Assembly: GCA_963665815.1 (NCBI GenBank)
Contig: OY762463.1
Location: 2,336,001-2,400,000 of the forward strand
Source of the DNA: Candidatus Cloacimonadales bacterium
GTDB taxonomy: Bacteria > Cloacimonadota > Cloacimonadia > Cloacimonadales > JAIOQZ01
Direction: 5' to 3'
Length of the DNA stretch: 64,000 nucleotides
In this document: one piece after another, positions 47,706 to 57,484 of the stretch
Layout of the letters: every line of letters begins with the position of its first letter
Numbering within the stretch: the first letter of the stretch is position 1
Made by a program: the position numbers and the translations under genes
Notes under the pieces: model-generated
The model's database searches: none
Seen by the model: the letters and a program-made list of their open reading frames with translations, nothing else
Told to the model about the DNA's origin: nothing

Positions 47706-48584
47706 CTACTTGCTTCTCCTCTGTGAGAGAATCATGGCACACAGCATTAAAGAACAGCCTGCAATCTTTTTTACAGATATTCCTTCGCTGAGAATCAGAA
47801 TTCCACCAATAAGAGCGAAAACACTTTCCAGACTAAGGATTATTGCTGCATGGGCGGGATGAGTTTTCTTTTGAGCCACAACCTGCAGAGTATAAGCTAT
47901 TCCTACAGACATGAGACCTCCATATAGAATTGGTATTCCGGCTGGAATAATGCTAGAAAGATAAATATCTTCCCAAATAAAAGATCCTGTCAAACTTAGT
48001 AGAGAACATACTGCAAACTGAATCATTGCAAGCTTTATACTGTCCTGATACTTTGTGAAATAATTAATCAACTGAACGTGTACAGCCCAGAATACAGCCG
48101 AGAGTAGTACAAGTAGATCGCCTCTGTTGATTGTCAGTCCGGAATTACCAGAAATCAGATATAGTCCTGAAACAGCAAGAATAGAACTGACCCAAATATG
48201 TTTTCCGGTTTTTTGCTTGAAAAAAATACCAATCATCGGAACAATTATAACGTATAAACCTGTGATAAAACCTGCATTACCCGCAGATGTATATACTATC
48301 CCGACCTGTTGCAGAGATGCTCCAAGAAACAAGGCACATCCAGCCAGAAGTCCATTTAAAATAAGAGATCTGGATATAAGTGGATCGGTTGTTTTCGGGG
48401 AAAGAAGAAAAACCGGGATGAGGGAAGCACTTCCAAGAGCGAATCGCAATCCATTGAACAGGAATGGTCCCATGTGTTCCATTCCGGCTCGTTGAGCAAC
48501 AAAGGCAAATCCCCAGATAATTGCAGTAAGCAGGAGCAGAATATCAGATTTAATTGTGTCAGAATTTATCATATTAGTATGCAA
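47706..48584 (-). CDS. DMT/EamA family transporter
   Basis: About ten TM helices; IWGFAF, RF, NAGFITG, ESVFA. Start may be 48572. Confidence 0.9.
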   Translation of the reverse strand: MHTNMINSDTIKSDILLLLTAIIWGFAFVAQRAGMEHMGPFLFNGLRFALGSASLIPVFLLSPKTTDPLISRSLILNGLLAGCALFLGASLQQVGIVYTSAGNAGFITGLYVIIVPMIGIFFKQKTGKHIWVSSILAVSGLYLISGNSGLTINRGDLLVLLSAVFWAVHVQLINYFTKYQDSIKLAMIQFAVCSLLSLTGSFIWEDIYLSSIIPAGIPILYGGLMSVGIAYTLQVVAQKKTHPAHAAIILSLESVFALIGGILILSEGISVKKIAGCSLMLCAMILSQRRSK

Positions 48585-48632
48585 TTGTTTGTATATCTTT
48601 GAAAGTTATATTTTATTGATTACGGAACTATA

Positions 48633-49028
48633 TTAGCCAATAAGTTCAGGTATCACATCCTTGAATTTTTTAATACCAATCATCTTGTATATTACTGCAT
48701 CAAATTGGTCGAAATATTCTACCATTGAAGGATAATGTTCTTCATAAAAATCTCTTCCAGTGTAGACAGTATACAGAATGGATGGAATATCTCTGAATCT
48801 CTCATCAGATTTCATCAGCTTAAGAGTTTCAAGAGCATTCAATGTTTTCTTCCTGAACATATTCTGGATGACAAGGTCTATCTTCTCATCTTTCATTATA
48901 AAAAAAGCTTCCAGCAAGCTTGGAGTAATTATAAAGTTGTACTTCTCATTAAAACCCCAATCATCACAAAACTGTACAACAAATTCCATTGCATCGGGCA
49001 TTTCATCAATCATTAGAATGTTTTTCAT
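48633..49028 (-). CDS. Stand-alone atypical receiver-domain protein
   Basis: ILMIDE, DLVIQN (Asn at the phospho-Asp position), RDIPSILYT and final K. Confidence 0.65.
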   Translation of the reverse strand: MKNILMIDEMPDAMEFVVQFCDDWGFNEKYNFIITPSLLEAFFIMKDEKIDLVIQNMFRKKTLNALETLKLMKSDERFRDIPSILYTVYTGRDFYEEHYPSMVEYFDQFDAVIYKMIGIKKFKDVIPELIG

Positions 49029-49109
49029 ATATACCTCAGAAAATACTTAGAGAGCATTACATAGTAGTAAAACCAAGCCGCTTCGGACAATGAAACAGAA
49101 ACGTTTTAA

Positions 49110-49574
49110 TTATTTGAAAAAAGGAATAAGTTTATCGCAAATCTTGTTAAGGAATACTTTATCGTGATCGGAGAATGGAGCAAGATTATGTGAATCAATA
49201 TCCAGTTGTCCCAGATATATATCATTTTTTATGATAGGAATCACTATTTCTGATTTCACTTTAAGGCTGCATGAAAGGTAATTAGTTTCTTTTGCAACAT
49301 CCTGAATAAGATATACATCTTTTGTTTCCGCTGATTGACCGCAAATACCTTTGCCGAAAGGAATCTTAACATGTTCCGTTGGTTCTCCGCAGAATGGACC
49401 AAGCTCAAGTATCTTTTGGTTATTATCTGCAATATAGAATCCTGCCCAGTGATAATGATCAATGTTAAGAACGAGATAGTCACAGACATCCTGCATAACA
49501 TCTTCAAATGGTCTTCCCGGGAGTATCAATCCGTCAATATCAGGAAGTAAGAAGTCATATTTTGATCTTGGCAT
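49110..49574 (-). CDS. GAF domain protein, free methionine-R-sulfoxide reductase-like
   Basis: WAGFY, LGPF, IPFGKGICG, YLSCS..SEIVIP and LDIDS motifs. Confidence 0.85.
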   Translation of the reverse strand: MPRSKYDFLLPDIDGLILPGRPFEDVMQDVCDYLVLNIDHYHWAGFYIADNNQKILELGPFCGEPTEHVKIPFGKGICGQSAETKDVYLIQDVAKETNYLSCSLKVKSEIVIPIIKNDIYLGQLDIDSHNLAPFSDHDKVFLNKICDKLIPFFK

Positions 49575-49577
49575 AGT

Positions 49578-49919
49578 TCATTCCTTTTCTGTTTGGAGTT
49601 CCTGCCATACCTGTTCAGCAAACCTTAGATGAGGAATCACAATTGATCCTCCCACAACAAGTGCAATAGATACAGCTTCATGAAATTCATCTGATGTTAC
49701 ATTATGTTTCACGCATTGCTCAATATGATACTGAATACAGTCATTACAGCGAAGAACCATGGAAGCAACAAGTCCCATCAGTTCTTTAGTACTAACAGAT
49801 AAAGCCCCTTCCTGATACGCATTTGTATCAAGATTAAAAAAACGCTTCGTTGTTTTTGTAGCATTATCAAGTACAAGCTTGTTTAGCTGCTCTCTCTTCT
49901 TTTGAAATTCAGTTGCCAT
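49578..49919 (-). CDS. Carboxymuconolactone decarboxylase/AhpD family protein
   Basis: GALSVSTKEL and RCNDCIQYH (CxxC..H). Confidence 0.88.
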   Translation of the reverse strand: MATEFQKKREQLNKLVLDNATKTTKRFFNLDTNAYQEGALSVSTKELMGLVASMVLRCNDCIQYHIEQCVKHNVTSDEFHEAVSIALVVGGSIVIPHLRFAEQVWQELQTEKE

Positions 49920-50110
49920 ATTATCTCCTGATTAATCTAAAGCAAAATTAGTATCATTTACAATTTTTGACAATAAAAAAGGGTAAAATTTATTTAATCC
50001 AGACTGATAACAAAAGTAAGTATGCAATATGCAATCTTTGTAAATATAATTCAGTTAATGTACTTAATAGAGAGCTTTGCACAACCGAAGTAGTTATCTC
50101 GATATTCCTA

Positions 50111-51040
50111 TTATGAATACAATACTTTCAATCTTTGACTAAGAAGAGTATTGTATCTATCTTTCATGTTTTCAGAAAGAAAACTGATTGATATCAACTT
50201 CTGCCATATAGGAATACAACTTTCAATTTCTGCGAGAACCGCACTGATTCTTTTTCGCTGTATCTTCATTATATCATTTGCCAGATATTCAGTAAAATCT
50301 GCTCTTCTGAGCTTACTCTTTTTACCTGCAATGGGAAGTGCAATTTCTTCTGCTGGATTGCTTATTGCAATGGAAGTATTCAGTAAGTCATAAGAAGGAC
50401 TAAGCTCAGTTTTATTGTTTCTTGTTATTAAAGAGAAGTTTTTCAAGTGCATGTCTTCATTCCCGGAAAGGTAATTAAACAATGCAATTCTGAATAGTTT
50501 TATCATTTCCAGAACAGGAAAAGTTGTGTAATCTGCAATTATCGATACAATTTTCTCCATACTGGAATCATACTTTGTCTTTCTTTTTTTCTGAGAAATT
50601 TGAGAGAAATCTTCGACTGCAAACTTCGTACTGTGCCCTTTACGATCAAATCTTTTAACTATATAACATAATTCATCGTTTTTTGAGTAAATCAATCCAT
50701 GCCATGGAACTTCAATACCTGCTGCACTTGCCATCTTCATTGTCAAATCTTCATTCTCCGGTAACTCCGGATAGTTCATGTTCTGTGGCTTTGCAATGAA
50801 TTTCCCTTTAATGTCAACAATCTCAAACCTTTGCTTTGCTGCATTCAGTTTCATGCTCAATTTAGGTTGAACTCCCTGAATAGACATTTTCCCGGCTCTG
50901 TTAATGTATTCAAGATAAAACTCTTCTGACGAATACGGAAGAATTTCAAGATCGCTCAACTTTGGAGATAACTGCCGCAATCCCCTTTCTGAATACCTAC
51001 CCCCTGCTATTTCTTCGTAAGTAATTGGACACCTTGTCAT
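50111..51040 (-). CDS. HipT-like Ser/Thr kinase toxin (HipA core without the N-terminal subdomain)
   Basis: MSIQGVQPK Gly-rich loop, RFDR, EDF, GNEDMHLKNFS and LSPSYD. Confidence 0.9.
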   Translation of the reverse strand: MTRCPITYEEIAGGRYSERGLRQLSPKLSDLEILPYSSEEFYLEYINRAGKMSIQGVQPKLSMKLNAAKQRFEIVDIKGKFIAKPQNMNYPELPENEDLTMKMASAAGIEVPWHGLIYSKNDELCYIVKRFDRKGHSTKFAVEDFSQISQKKRKTKYDSSMEKIVSIIADYTTFPVLEMIKLFRIALFNYLSGNEDMHLKNFSLITRNNKTELSPSYDLLNTSIAISNPAEEIALPIAGKKSKLRRADFTEYLANDIMKIQRKRISAVLAEIESCIPIWQKLISISFLSENMKDRYNTLLSQRLKVLYS

Positions 51041-51342
51041 TCTGCTTCCTCAACTGTTATTGCCCCAACAAGATCTCTTCCTACAATAACTATCTGAGAG
51101 AAATAGTCTTCTTCATCTATTTTGAACTTCCTTAAAAGAGCTTCCAATTGATATCCCTCCGGTAAAAGCCCGTCAAGAAAGGGTGGAAACTCTGAAAACT
51201 CGAAACTTCTTTTCACCACCGGTAAAGCAAGCGAAACAGGTTGACCAAAATAATCAGGCAAGTATTCAAGCTTGTACCCGTTCTCAGATTCTACCATTAT
51301 AGCAGCAGCTTTATCATGCATCCTCAGTATTAGCTTTCGCAT
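51037..51342 (-). CDS. HipS-like antitoxin (HipA N-terminal/Couple_hipA domain)
   Basis: PVSLALP, PPFLDGLLPEG and DLVGAITV; ATGA overlap with the kinase. Confidence 0.88.
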   Translation of the reverse strand: MRKLILRMHDKAAAIMVESENGYKLEYLPDYFGQPVSLALPVVKRSFEFSEFPPFLDGLLPEGYQLEALLRKFKIDEEDYFSQIVIVGRDLVGAITVEEAE

Positions 51343-51562
51343 ATTGTTTTCTCCATAAATTCATCAGTTGACTGCTGAAATCAATCCTGATATTTAAAAC
51401 ATTTAGTATATTGAGAAATGTATCTATACGAAAATTACTCCTACCTTTCTCAATATCAAACACGACTGTTTTCCCAACTTCTGCAAGATCTGCCAGTTCC
51501 TTTTGACTTAGCCCCGCCTGCTTACGGTGAAAACGGACTATGTCTCCGATCATTAGCTTCAT
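51314..51562 (-). CDS. HipB-like XRE HTH regulator
   Basis: RKQAGLSQKELADLAEVGKTVVFDIEKG HTH; first gene of the operon. Confidence 0.9.
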   Translation of the reverse strand: MKLMIGDIVRFHRKQAGLSQKELADLAEVGKTVVFDIEKGRSNFRIDTFLNILNVLNIRIDFSSQLMNLWRKQYAKANTEDA

Positions 51563-51602
51563 TATTTCTCCCGAAATTCCTTTTTCTGCAATAAACTAAT
51601 AT

Positions 51603-51741
51603 TTACTGTCATAGCGGTAATATCAGAGATGATTATCAACAAGCCATAGTATTTGTCAAGTTTTTACTGCTATATTGGTAATTCTTATTGAAATAGGATT
51701 ATCTATATACAAACTAACCCTAATTACCGTAATATTGGCAA
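51603..51741. promoter_or_regulatory. Three palindromic operators and the promoter of the hipBST-like operon
   Basis: TTACTGTCATAGCGGTAA (51603), TTACTGCTATATTGGTAA (51664), TTACCGTAATATTGGCAA (51724); minus-strand TTGACA at 51654-51659. Confidence 0.7.
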
Positions 51742-51930
51742 TAATCACAATATTTGTTTCTATCAGCGAAGCGTTCTAATCTTTTATAAGATCAACATGA
51801 TAAACTAAACATTTTACTCACACCGGGAACTGACCATTGGAAAATTTCATTTTCATAGGAAAAAGAACCTGAGCCAATGCCTTTAATTCCCTGCAGCCCA
51901 AGTTCTCATTCCATAGTAAATATTGATTAC

Positions 51931-54348
51931 TTACTCATATAAAAGTGAATCTGCCGGATTTGTGTTAGATGCCTTGACTGCATGAAACAGAATAGTCAGG
52001 ACTGCAATAGCCATTGAGATCAGAATTCCGAGTAAAAATACATAAAATGGGATTTTTACGCTGTATATGAAACTTTCCAACCACTTATACATCAGGAAGT
52101 AACTGATAACAACAGCTAAGATGCAGCCTATTGAAACAAGCTGAATAAAGTTTTTTACAAGAGTAACTATGATATTACCGTTTGTTGCTCCAAATACCTT
52201 TCTGATTCCTATTTCCTTAGTTCTCTGAGCAATTATGTATGAAGAGAGCCCAAGTAAGCCCAAACAGGATATAAGGATTGACAATGCCGAAAGATATGTG
52301 AACATTATTGATAGATTCTTCTCAGTTCGGTAATATTTATCCAGCTTCTGATCCATAAAGAAATAATCCATTGGTCTGGGACTGATCGATTCCCAGATTG
52401 AATTCATAAAATTTATTGTTTCGTTAACATTTCTGCCTTTAAGCTTTACGGCAATTCTGTTTCCCATATCAACAGGAATCAGCAGAATTGGTTCAACCTT
52501 ATTGTGCAGAGACTGATAGTTAAAGTCTTTTACAACACCAATCACCCTGCCATCACGCATTGGTCTTTGTCCACCAATACCAAACTGTATTCTCTTTTCC
52601 AAAGCATTATCACCCCAGCCAAAAGTTTTTGCTGCCGTCTCATTGATTATGAAAGCCGTAGAGTCATCAGACTGTATGTTTTTATCAAATTGTCTTCCGT
52701 AGAGCAGCTCTATTCCAAGCAGATCCATGCAATTGTAGTCAATATAGTAGAAATTTAGAGGACGCTCTGTAAAACCGTCATCTGTCTCCAGCTTCATTAC
52801 CAGTTTTCCTGCTCCTCCTGTACCAGGGAGCATGTACGCTGTGGCAACATCTTCAATATCAGGATGTTTTCTAAACTCATCCAGGACAAAGTCTATTCTG
52901 TTTATAATGAGTGTGTCACGTACTGAAGTAACCACAATATTTTCTTTCTCGAAACCAAGATCTTTTGTTCGGAGATAATTAAGTTGTAATGCCACAATCA
53001 GTGTTGCTATTATCATAGATGTAGATATTGTAAACTGCACAACCACAAGCAGCTTTCTCAAAAAACCGCCTTTCCCTTTCATGTTACCTGATTTAAGCAC
53101 GGAAATCGGGTCAAAAGCAGATAGATAAAATGCCGGATACGATCCCGATACCAGTCCGGTCAATACAACTATTGCAAGCATGAGTCCCAGAAAATACGGA
53201 GTCAGTATTTCAGAGAACTCGAAGCTCTTTGCTGTCAGGAAGTTGAATTCAGGTAAAAGCAGTTCCACAAAAACCAGTGATAAAACTAAGGCGGAAAGGG
53301 CAGTCAGGAATGCTTCAACCATAAACTGGGCTGCTATCTGCCCTTTCACAGCGCCTACAACTTTTCTCATGCCGATCTCTTTTGCCCGTTTAACAGATCT
53401 GGCTGTTGCCATATTCATATAGTTGATACAGGCTATGAAAATAAGAAAAAAAGCAATCGCAATAAAAATTATTATATAGGACAGATTACCTGTTTCCAGA
53501 TCCCAGTCCAATTTTGAATGAAAATGAATTTCAGATAGAGGAGTTGTTAACAGTTCGAACGAGATATTCAGTGCTTTGCCGGTTGCTTCCATTACATCTT
53601 TATAGAATACCTGAAACTTATCATGCACCGCTTTGATATAAGTTCCTTCTCTCAACATAATGTAAGAGTATACTTGTACATTCCATAATGCATTAGGATG
53701 ATTGTTCCTGATGGCAAAATTCTGATCTGACAACAGGGTTTCCATTGACAATGCACACTTGAACTGTAAGTGCATATTTTCCGGTAAGTCTTTTATTACA
53801 CCTGTGACTTCATAGTCATTACGGTTTTCCATTTTTACGGATTTACCTATCGGATCTTCATCTCCGAACAGCCTGTCTGACAATTCCTCTGTTATGACCA
53901 TCGTAAACGGTCTGCTGAGTGCGTGTTCCGGATTTCCCTTAACAAATTCGTGTGTAAACATTGTAAAAAGCGTAGAGTCAGCATAAAATGTTTCGTTTTC
54001 CTGAAACTTCTTCCCATTGTATTCATAAAGGATATCCGATCCTCGGGATATATTCATAAAACGGCAGTATGATTCTATTTCCGGTATTTCTTCTGCCAAC
54101 ATTGATGCCAGAGGAAAAGGTGTCAGGGCAAAATAATCTTCCTGTTCTTTGACCAGAAAATGCGATTCCAGCCTGTGTATTCTATCGTGATTTTTATGGA
54201 CTTTATCATAAGACAACTCATCAGCAACATACATAGAAATAAGGATAACACATGTTATACCGATTGCCAGGCTAAGAATATTGAGGAAACTGTAAAACCA
54301 GTTTCTACTGAAATTTCGGAATGCTGTATATATGTAATTTTTGAACAT
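51931..54348 (-). CDS. MacB/FtsX-like ABC transporter permease (duplicated architecture)
   Basis: ACINYMN..RAKEIGMRKVVGA and RTKEIGIRKVFGA; two periplasmic domains. Confidence 0.93.
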   Translation of the reverse strand: MFKNYIYTAFRNFSRNWFYSFLNILSLAIGITCVILISMYVADELSYDKVHKNHDRIHRLESHFLVKEQEDYFALTPFPLASMLAEEIPEIESYCRFMNISRGSDILYEYNGKKFQENETFYADSTLFTMFTHEFVKGNPEHALSRPFTMVITEELSDRLFGDEDPIGKSVKMENRNDYEVTGVIKDLPENMHLQFKCALSMETLLSDQNFAIRNNHPNALWNVQVYSYIMLREGTYIKAVHDKFQVFYKDVMEATGKALNISFELLTTPLSEIHFHSKLDWDLETGNLSYIIIFIAIAFFLIFIACINYMNMATARSVKRAKEIGMRKVVGAVKGQIAAQFMVEAFLTALSALVLSLVFVELLLPEFNFLTAKSFEFSEILTPYFLGLMLAIVVLTGLVSGSYPAFYLSAFDPISVLKSGNMKGKGGFLRKLLVVVQFTISTSMIIATLIVALQLNYLRTKDLGFEKENIVVTSVRDTLIINRIDFVLDEFRKHPDIEDVATAYMLPGTGGAGKLVMKLETDDGFTERPLNFYYIDYNCMDLLGIELLYGRQFDKNIQSDDSTAFIINETAAKTFGWGDNALEKRIQFGIGGQRPMRDGRVIGVVKDFNYQSLHNKVEPILLIPVDMGNRIAVKLKGRNVNETINFMNSIWESISPRPMDYFFMDQKLDKYYRTEKNLSIMFTYLSALSILISCLGLLGLSSYIIAQRTKEIGIRKVFGATNGNIIVTLVKNFIQLVSIGCILAVVISYFLMYKWLESFIYSVKIPFYVFLLGILISMAIAVLTILFHAVKASNTNPADSLLYE

Positions 54349-54363
54349 GTTTCCTCTTTTAAG

Positions 54364-54404
54364 CAGTGCCGGACCAATGAGGGAGGAAAATCAATCCGGC
54401 ACTG
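54364..54404. other. Intergenic stem-loop with 10-nt purine loop
   Basis: CAGTGCCGGA/TCCGGCACTG stem, TGA/TCA inner stem, loop GGGAGGAAAA, next to the permease RBS. Confidence 0.6.
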
Positions 54405-54438
54405 TTTTGGTTACAGAAATGTATGAATAGTCTATAAA

Positions 54439-55128
54439 TTATAACTGAAATTCTTCTTTAATATTTTCGGTGACAATATGACCGTCAAAAAGCTGAATTA
54501 TTCTTTGTGAGTATTCAGCGTGAGAAGGAGAGTGAGTAACCATTACAATGGTTGTACCATCATTATTGAGCTGAGTCAGAAGGTTCATTACTTCTTCACC
54601 ATGGGATGAGTCCAGATTACCCGTAGGCTCATCTGCAAGAATAAGTTTAGGCTTTGTTATCACAGCTCTTGCAACAGCTACTCGCTGCTGCTGACCACCG
54701 GAAAGCTGCTGCGGAAAGTGGTTCTTTCGGTGGATAATATTCATCTTTTCCAGAATCTCTTCCACTCGTTTTTTTCGTTCACGAGGAGGAACTTTCATAT
54801 ATAGTAATGGAAGCTCTGTGTTTTCATAAACAGTCAGTTCATCTATAAGATTAAAACTCTGAAATATGAAACCAATATTGGATTTTCTCAGCTTTGTTCT
54901 CTGTTTCTCTGAGTATCCGGACACTTCCTTTCCAAGAAAATTCATCTTTCCCTCGGAAGGATTGTCCAACAGACCAAGAAGGTTAAGCAATGTTGATTTC
55001 CCACAACCGGAGGGTCCCATGATAGCTACAAATTCACCATCTGAAATCTCCAGGTTAATATTGTTCAAAGCAGTTGTTTCAATTTCATCTGTTCGATAAA
55101 TCTTTTTCAGATTGCGGGTTGTTATCAT
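54439..55128 (-). CDS. ABC transporter ATP-binding protein (LolD/MacB type)
   Basis: [26 protein letters not shown] and VTH motifs. Confidence 0.96.
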   Translation of the reverse strand: MITTRNLKKIYRTDEIETTALNNINLEISDGEFVAIMGPSGCGKSTLLNLLGLLDNPSEGKMNFLGKEVSGYSEKQRTKLRKSNIGFIFQSFNLIDELTVYENTELPLLYMKVPPRERKKRVEEILEKMNIIHRKNHFPQQLSGGQQQRVAVARAVITKPKLILADEPTGNLDSSHGEEVMNLLTQLNNDGTTIVMVTHSPSHAEYSQRIIQLFDGHIVTENIKEEFQL

Positions 55129-55156
55129 TTTTCCTCCGTGATCAATTTTTCTTTAA

Positions 55157-56410
55157 TTACTTTTTTAATACTAATTTTTCGGCATCATTAAAACTGTCAT
55201 AGCTTGATATAATTACTTTTTCATTTATACTGAGCCCTTCCAGAATTTCAAAAGCTACAGGGTTCATTTTGCCTATTTTTATATTTCTCTTTTCTGCATA
55301 AGTACCATCTTCCGATACAACATATACCCAGTTTCCACCGGTTGAATTATAGAATCCGCCTCTCTGGATCTGAAGTGCATGTTTTGATTCACTTAACTGC
55401 AGTCTTACGTGAAAAGTCTGACCTATTCTCATTTTCTCAGGTACTTCACCCGAAAATACCATTTCGATCCTGAACTTTCCGTCTTTTACTTCACTGAATA
55501 CTTTCTTAACTCTTATGTCATAAGACTCATTGTTAAATTTAAACTGCCCTGCCAATCCACGTGTTATTCGGGATATGTAATGCTCATCGACATCTGCCAT
55601 GATTTTGTAGCTGTCCAGAACATTAATCCAACCAACTCGCTGACCCTGATTCTTTGCTTCACCAATATCACCGTCTAAACGGGCTAGTTCACCTGTTACA
55701 GGGGCTTTAACAACCAGATTATCCAGTTTCTGCTTAATAATATCCAGATTTGCCTGCATTCTATCAACTGAGCTTTCCAACTGACTGATCTGTACTGACC
55801 TGAAAACCGAGTCCTGCTTCTGACTCTCAATAATAATATCTTTCTTCTGAAGATAATATTCGTAAGTTTCTTTGGATGAATCGTATTCTTCCTTTGATAT
55901 AAAACTCTTTTCATACAGATTTTTTGCCTGATTGAATGAACGCTTCTGTTTGTTGATGAGATGATTTATTTCTACAATATCCTGCTTTAAACGCAGTTTA
56001 TTCTGTTCCATGGAAAGTCTGGTATTACGCAGATTGTTCATCTGTTCTGCCAGATTCGCTTCTCTCGTCATGATGTTCAAGTGCAGATCCGTGTTGCTCA
56101 TTCTGAAAAGCTTATCGCCTTTATTAACATGAACCCCTTCCTCGAGATATATCTCTTCAATTCGACCACCCGAAAGCAGGTCCAGATAAATTGTGCTGAT
56201 TGGAGCAACAACACCTGAAACATTAATGAAGTCTGAGAATTCTTTCTTCTCAACAGTGCTGTAGAACAGCTTGTTTTTCTCAACATCAACAGTACTTCTG
56301 TTATCACTGAATGTGCATTTATAAAGAACAAGTATCGCAAGGATAAGAATAATTGATGTATAAGTGATTCTTTTCAAACTCCACTTCTTTTTTTCAATTT
56401 TTCTATCCAT
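55157..56410 (-). CDS. Periplasmic adaptor (HlyD/MacA-like)
   Basis: N-terminal TM, lipoyl halves (GGRIEEI..EG / VKAPVTG) and a long coiled-coil hairpin. Confidence 0.9.
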   Translation of the reverse strand: MDRKIEKKKWSLKRITYTSIILILAILVLYKCTFSDNRSTVDVEKNKLFYSTVEKKEFSDFINVSGVVAPISTIYLDLLSGGRIEEIYLEEGVHVNKGDKLFRMSNTDLHLNIMTREANLAEQMNNLRNTRLSMEQNKLRLKQDIVEINHLINKQKRSFNQAKNLYEKSFISKEEYDSSKETYEYYLQKKDIIIESQKQDSVFRSVQISQLESSVDRMQANLDIIKQKLDNLVVKAPVTGELARLDGDIGEAKNQGQRVGWINVLDSYKIMADVDEHYISRITRGLAGQFKFNNESYDIRVKKVFSEVKDGKFRIEMVFSGEVPEKMRIGQTFHVRLQLSESKHALQIQRGGFYNSTGGNWVYVVSEDGTYAEKRNIKIGKMNPVAFEILEGLSINEKVIISSYDSFNDAEKLVLKK

Positions 56411-56434
56411 ATTAATTCCTTTCGCTCTTTATAA

Positions 56435-56450
56435 TGCAATCACTGTGCCA
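56435..56450 (-). promoter_or_regulatory. sigma54 -24/-12 promoter
   Basis: Minus strand TGGCAC-AGTGA-TTGCA, an exact consensus match about 25 bp before the start codon. Confidence 0.85.
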
Positions 56451-56505
56451 ACAAGCTTTCTCTTTTAATAACAGTCATTTAATATCTTGAAGTCATGTTC
56501 ATATA

Positions 56506-56542
56506 TGTACGCTATCGGGCTGAAGATGTACGTATTCGGACG
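56506..56542. promoter_or_regulatory. Tandem candidate enhancer (UAS) sites
   Basis: TGTACGCTATCGGGCT (56506) and TGTACGTATTCGGACG (56527), 21 bp apart. Confidence 0.55.
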
Positions 56543-56629
56543 GCTACAGGCTACTGAAATTATTGTGGAAACATATTGACTGTTACTTAGTTTATATTGT
56601 ATAATGCCATTATATTGGAGGAAAATGTA

Positions 56630-57211
56630 ATGCAGATATTAAAAGCATTGATAATAGTGACTATGTCTCTCATAATTATCTTCTGTACAAGTGGATGCGG
56701 ATGCACATGTGCATACGGTTTTGCTGAAGATTCTCCAGATTACTTTAAGGTTCTGAATTACCTTAAAGAAGATATCAGACGACTTTCTCCAGATGCTGAA
56801 ATAGATACAAAAGATTTTACTGTGCTGCAGGATATGTTAACATCTCTTAGAATGAAGATTATTGAAAACGAAGCATCAGACAAATATAAATATGATACTC
56901 CTCCGTTATTGGTAAGTAGTTTCTTCTTTAGTGCTCCCCAGCAACGAGATTTACCGCCGGGAAACTGTGTTATGGAACTTGATATTCAAGTTCTTGAGAA
57001 TGGAGATGTTGGAGCTGTTACGGTGATGAAATCAGTTGAAAAAGGCAAATATGGGTTAGATATAAGGGCATATAATACTGCCAAGAAATGGGGATTCAAG
57101 CCTGCTGAGAAAAATGGAAAAACTGTTGAATCATGGATCAGAGTTAATATAAACTTCAGGCGTGAAATAGGCGAAAAGATGATAATTGCTGAAACAGGTC
57201 ATTATGGTTGA
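56630..57211 (+). CDS. Exported protein with TonB C-terminal-like domain
   Basis: V..NGDV..V.V.KS...LD..A...AKKWGFKPAEKNGK.V pattern; hydrophobic N-terminus; ATG 56630 follows GGAGG. Confidence 0.75.
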   Translation: MQILKALIIVTMSLIIIFCTSGCGCTCAYGFAEDSPDYFKVLNYLKEDIRRLSPDAEIDTKDFTVLQDMLTSLRMKIIENEASDKYKYDTPPLLVSSFFFSAPQQRDLPPGNCVMELDIQVLENGDVGAVTVMKSVEKGKYGLDIRAYNTAKKWGFKPAEKNGKTVESWIRVNINFRREIGEKMIIAETGHYG

Positions 57212-57484
57212 TTACCGGTTGACCTGCAAGTTGTATTATCATCATTTATTCATCAATTATTCAAAAGTAGAAATATTGAAACCCGAACATAGAAAAGCTC
57301 TATACATGGCTGCAATATTGTGCGCAGTTCTGGTAAAAGGATTTCCCAGACCTTTATGAAATGGATGCATGCTATGGAACATCAAGAGAAGTAAATCGCC
57401 ATAGACCATTTGATCAATATAGATTGAAGTACATATATGATAATCAATATAACAACTAGTTAAAGTGAAAAATAGGAGAACGTT

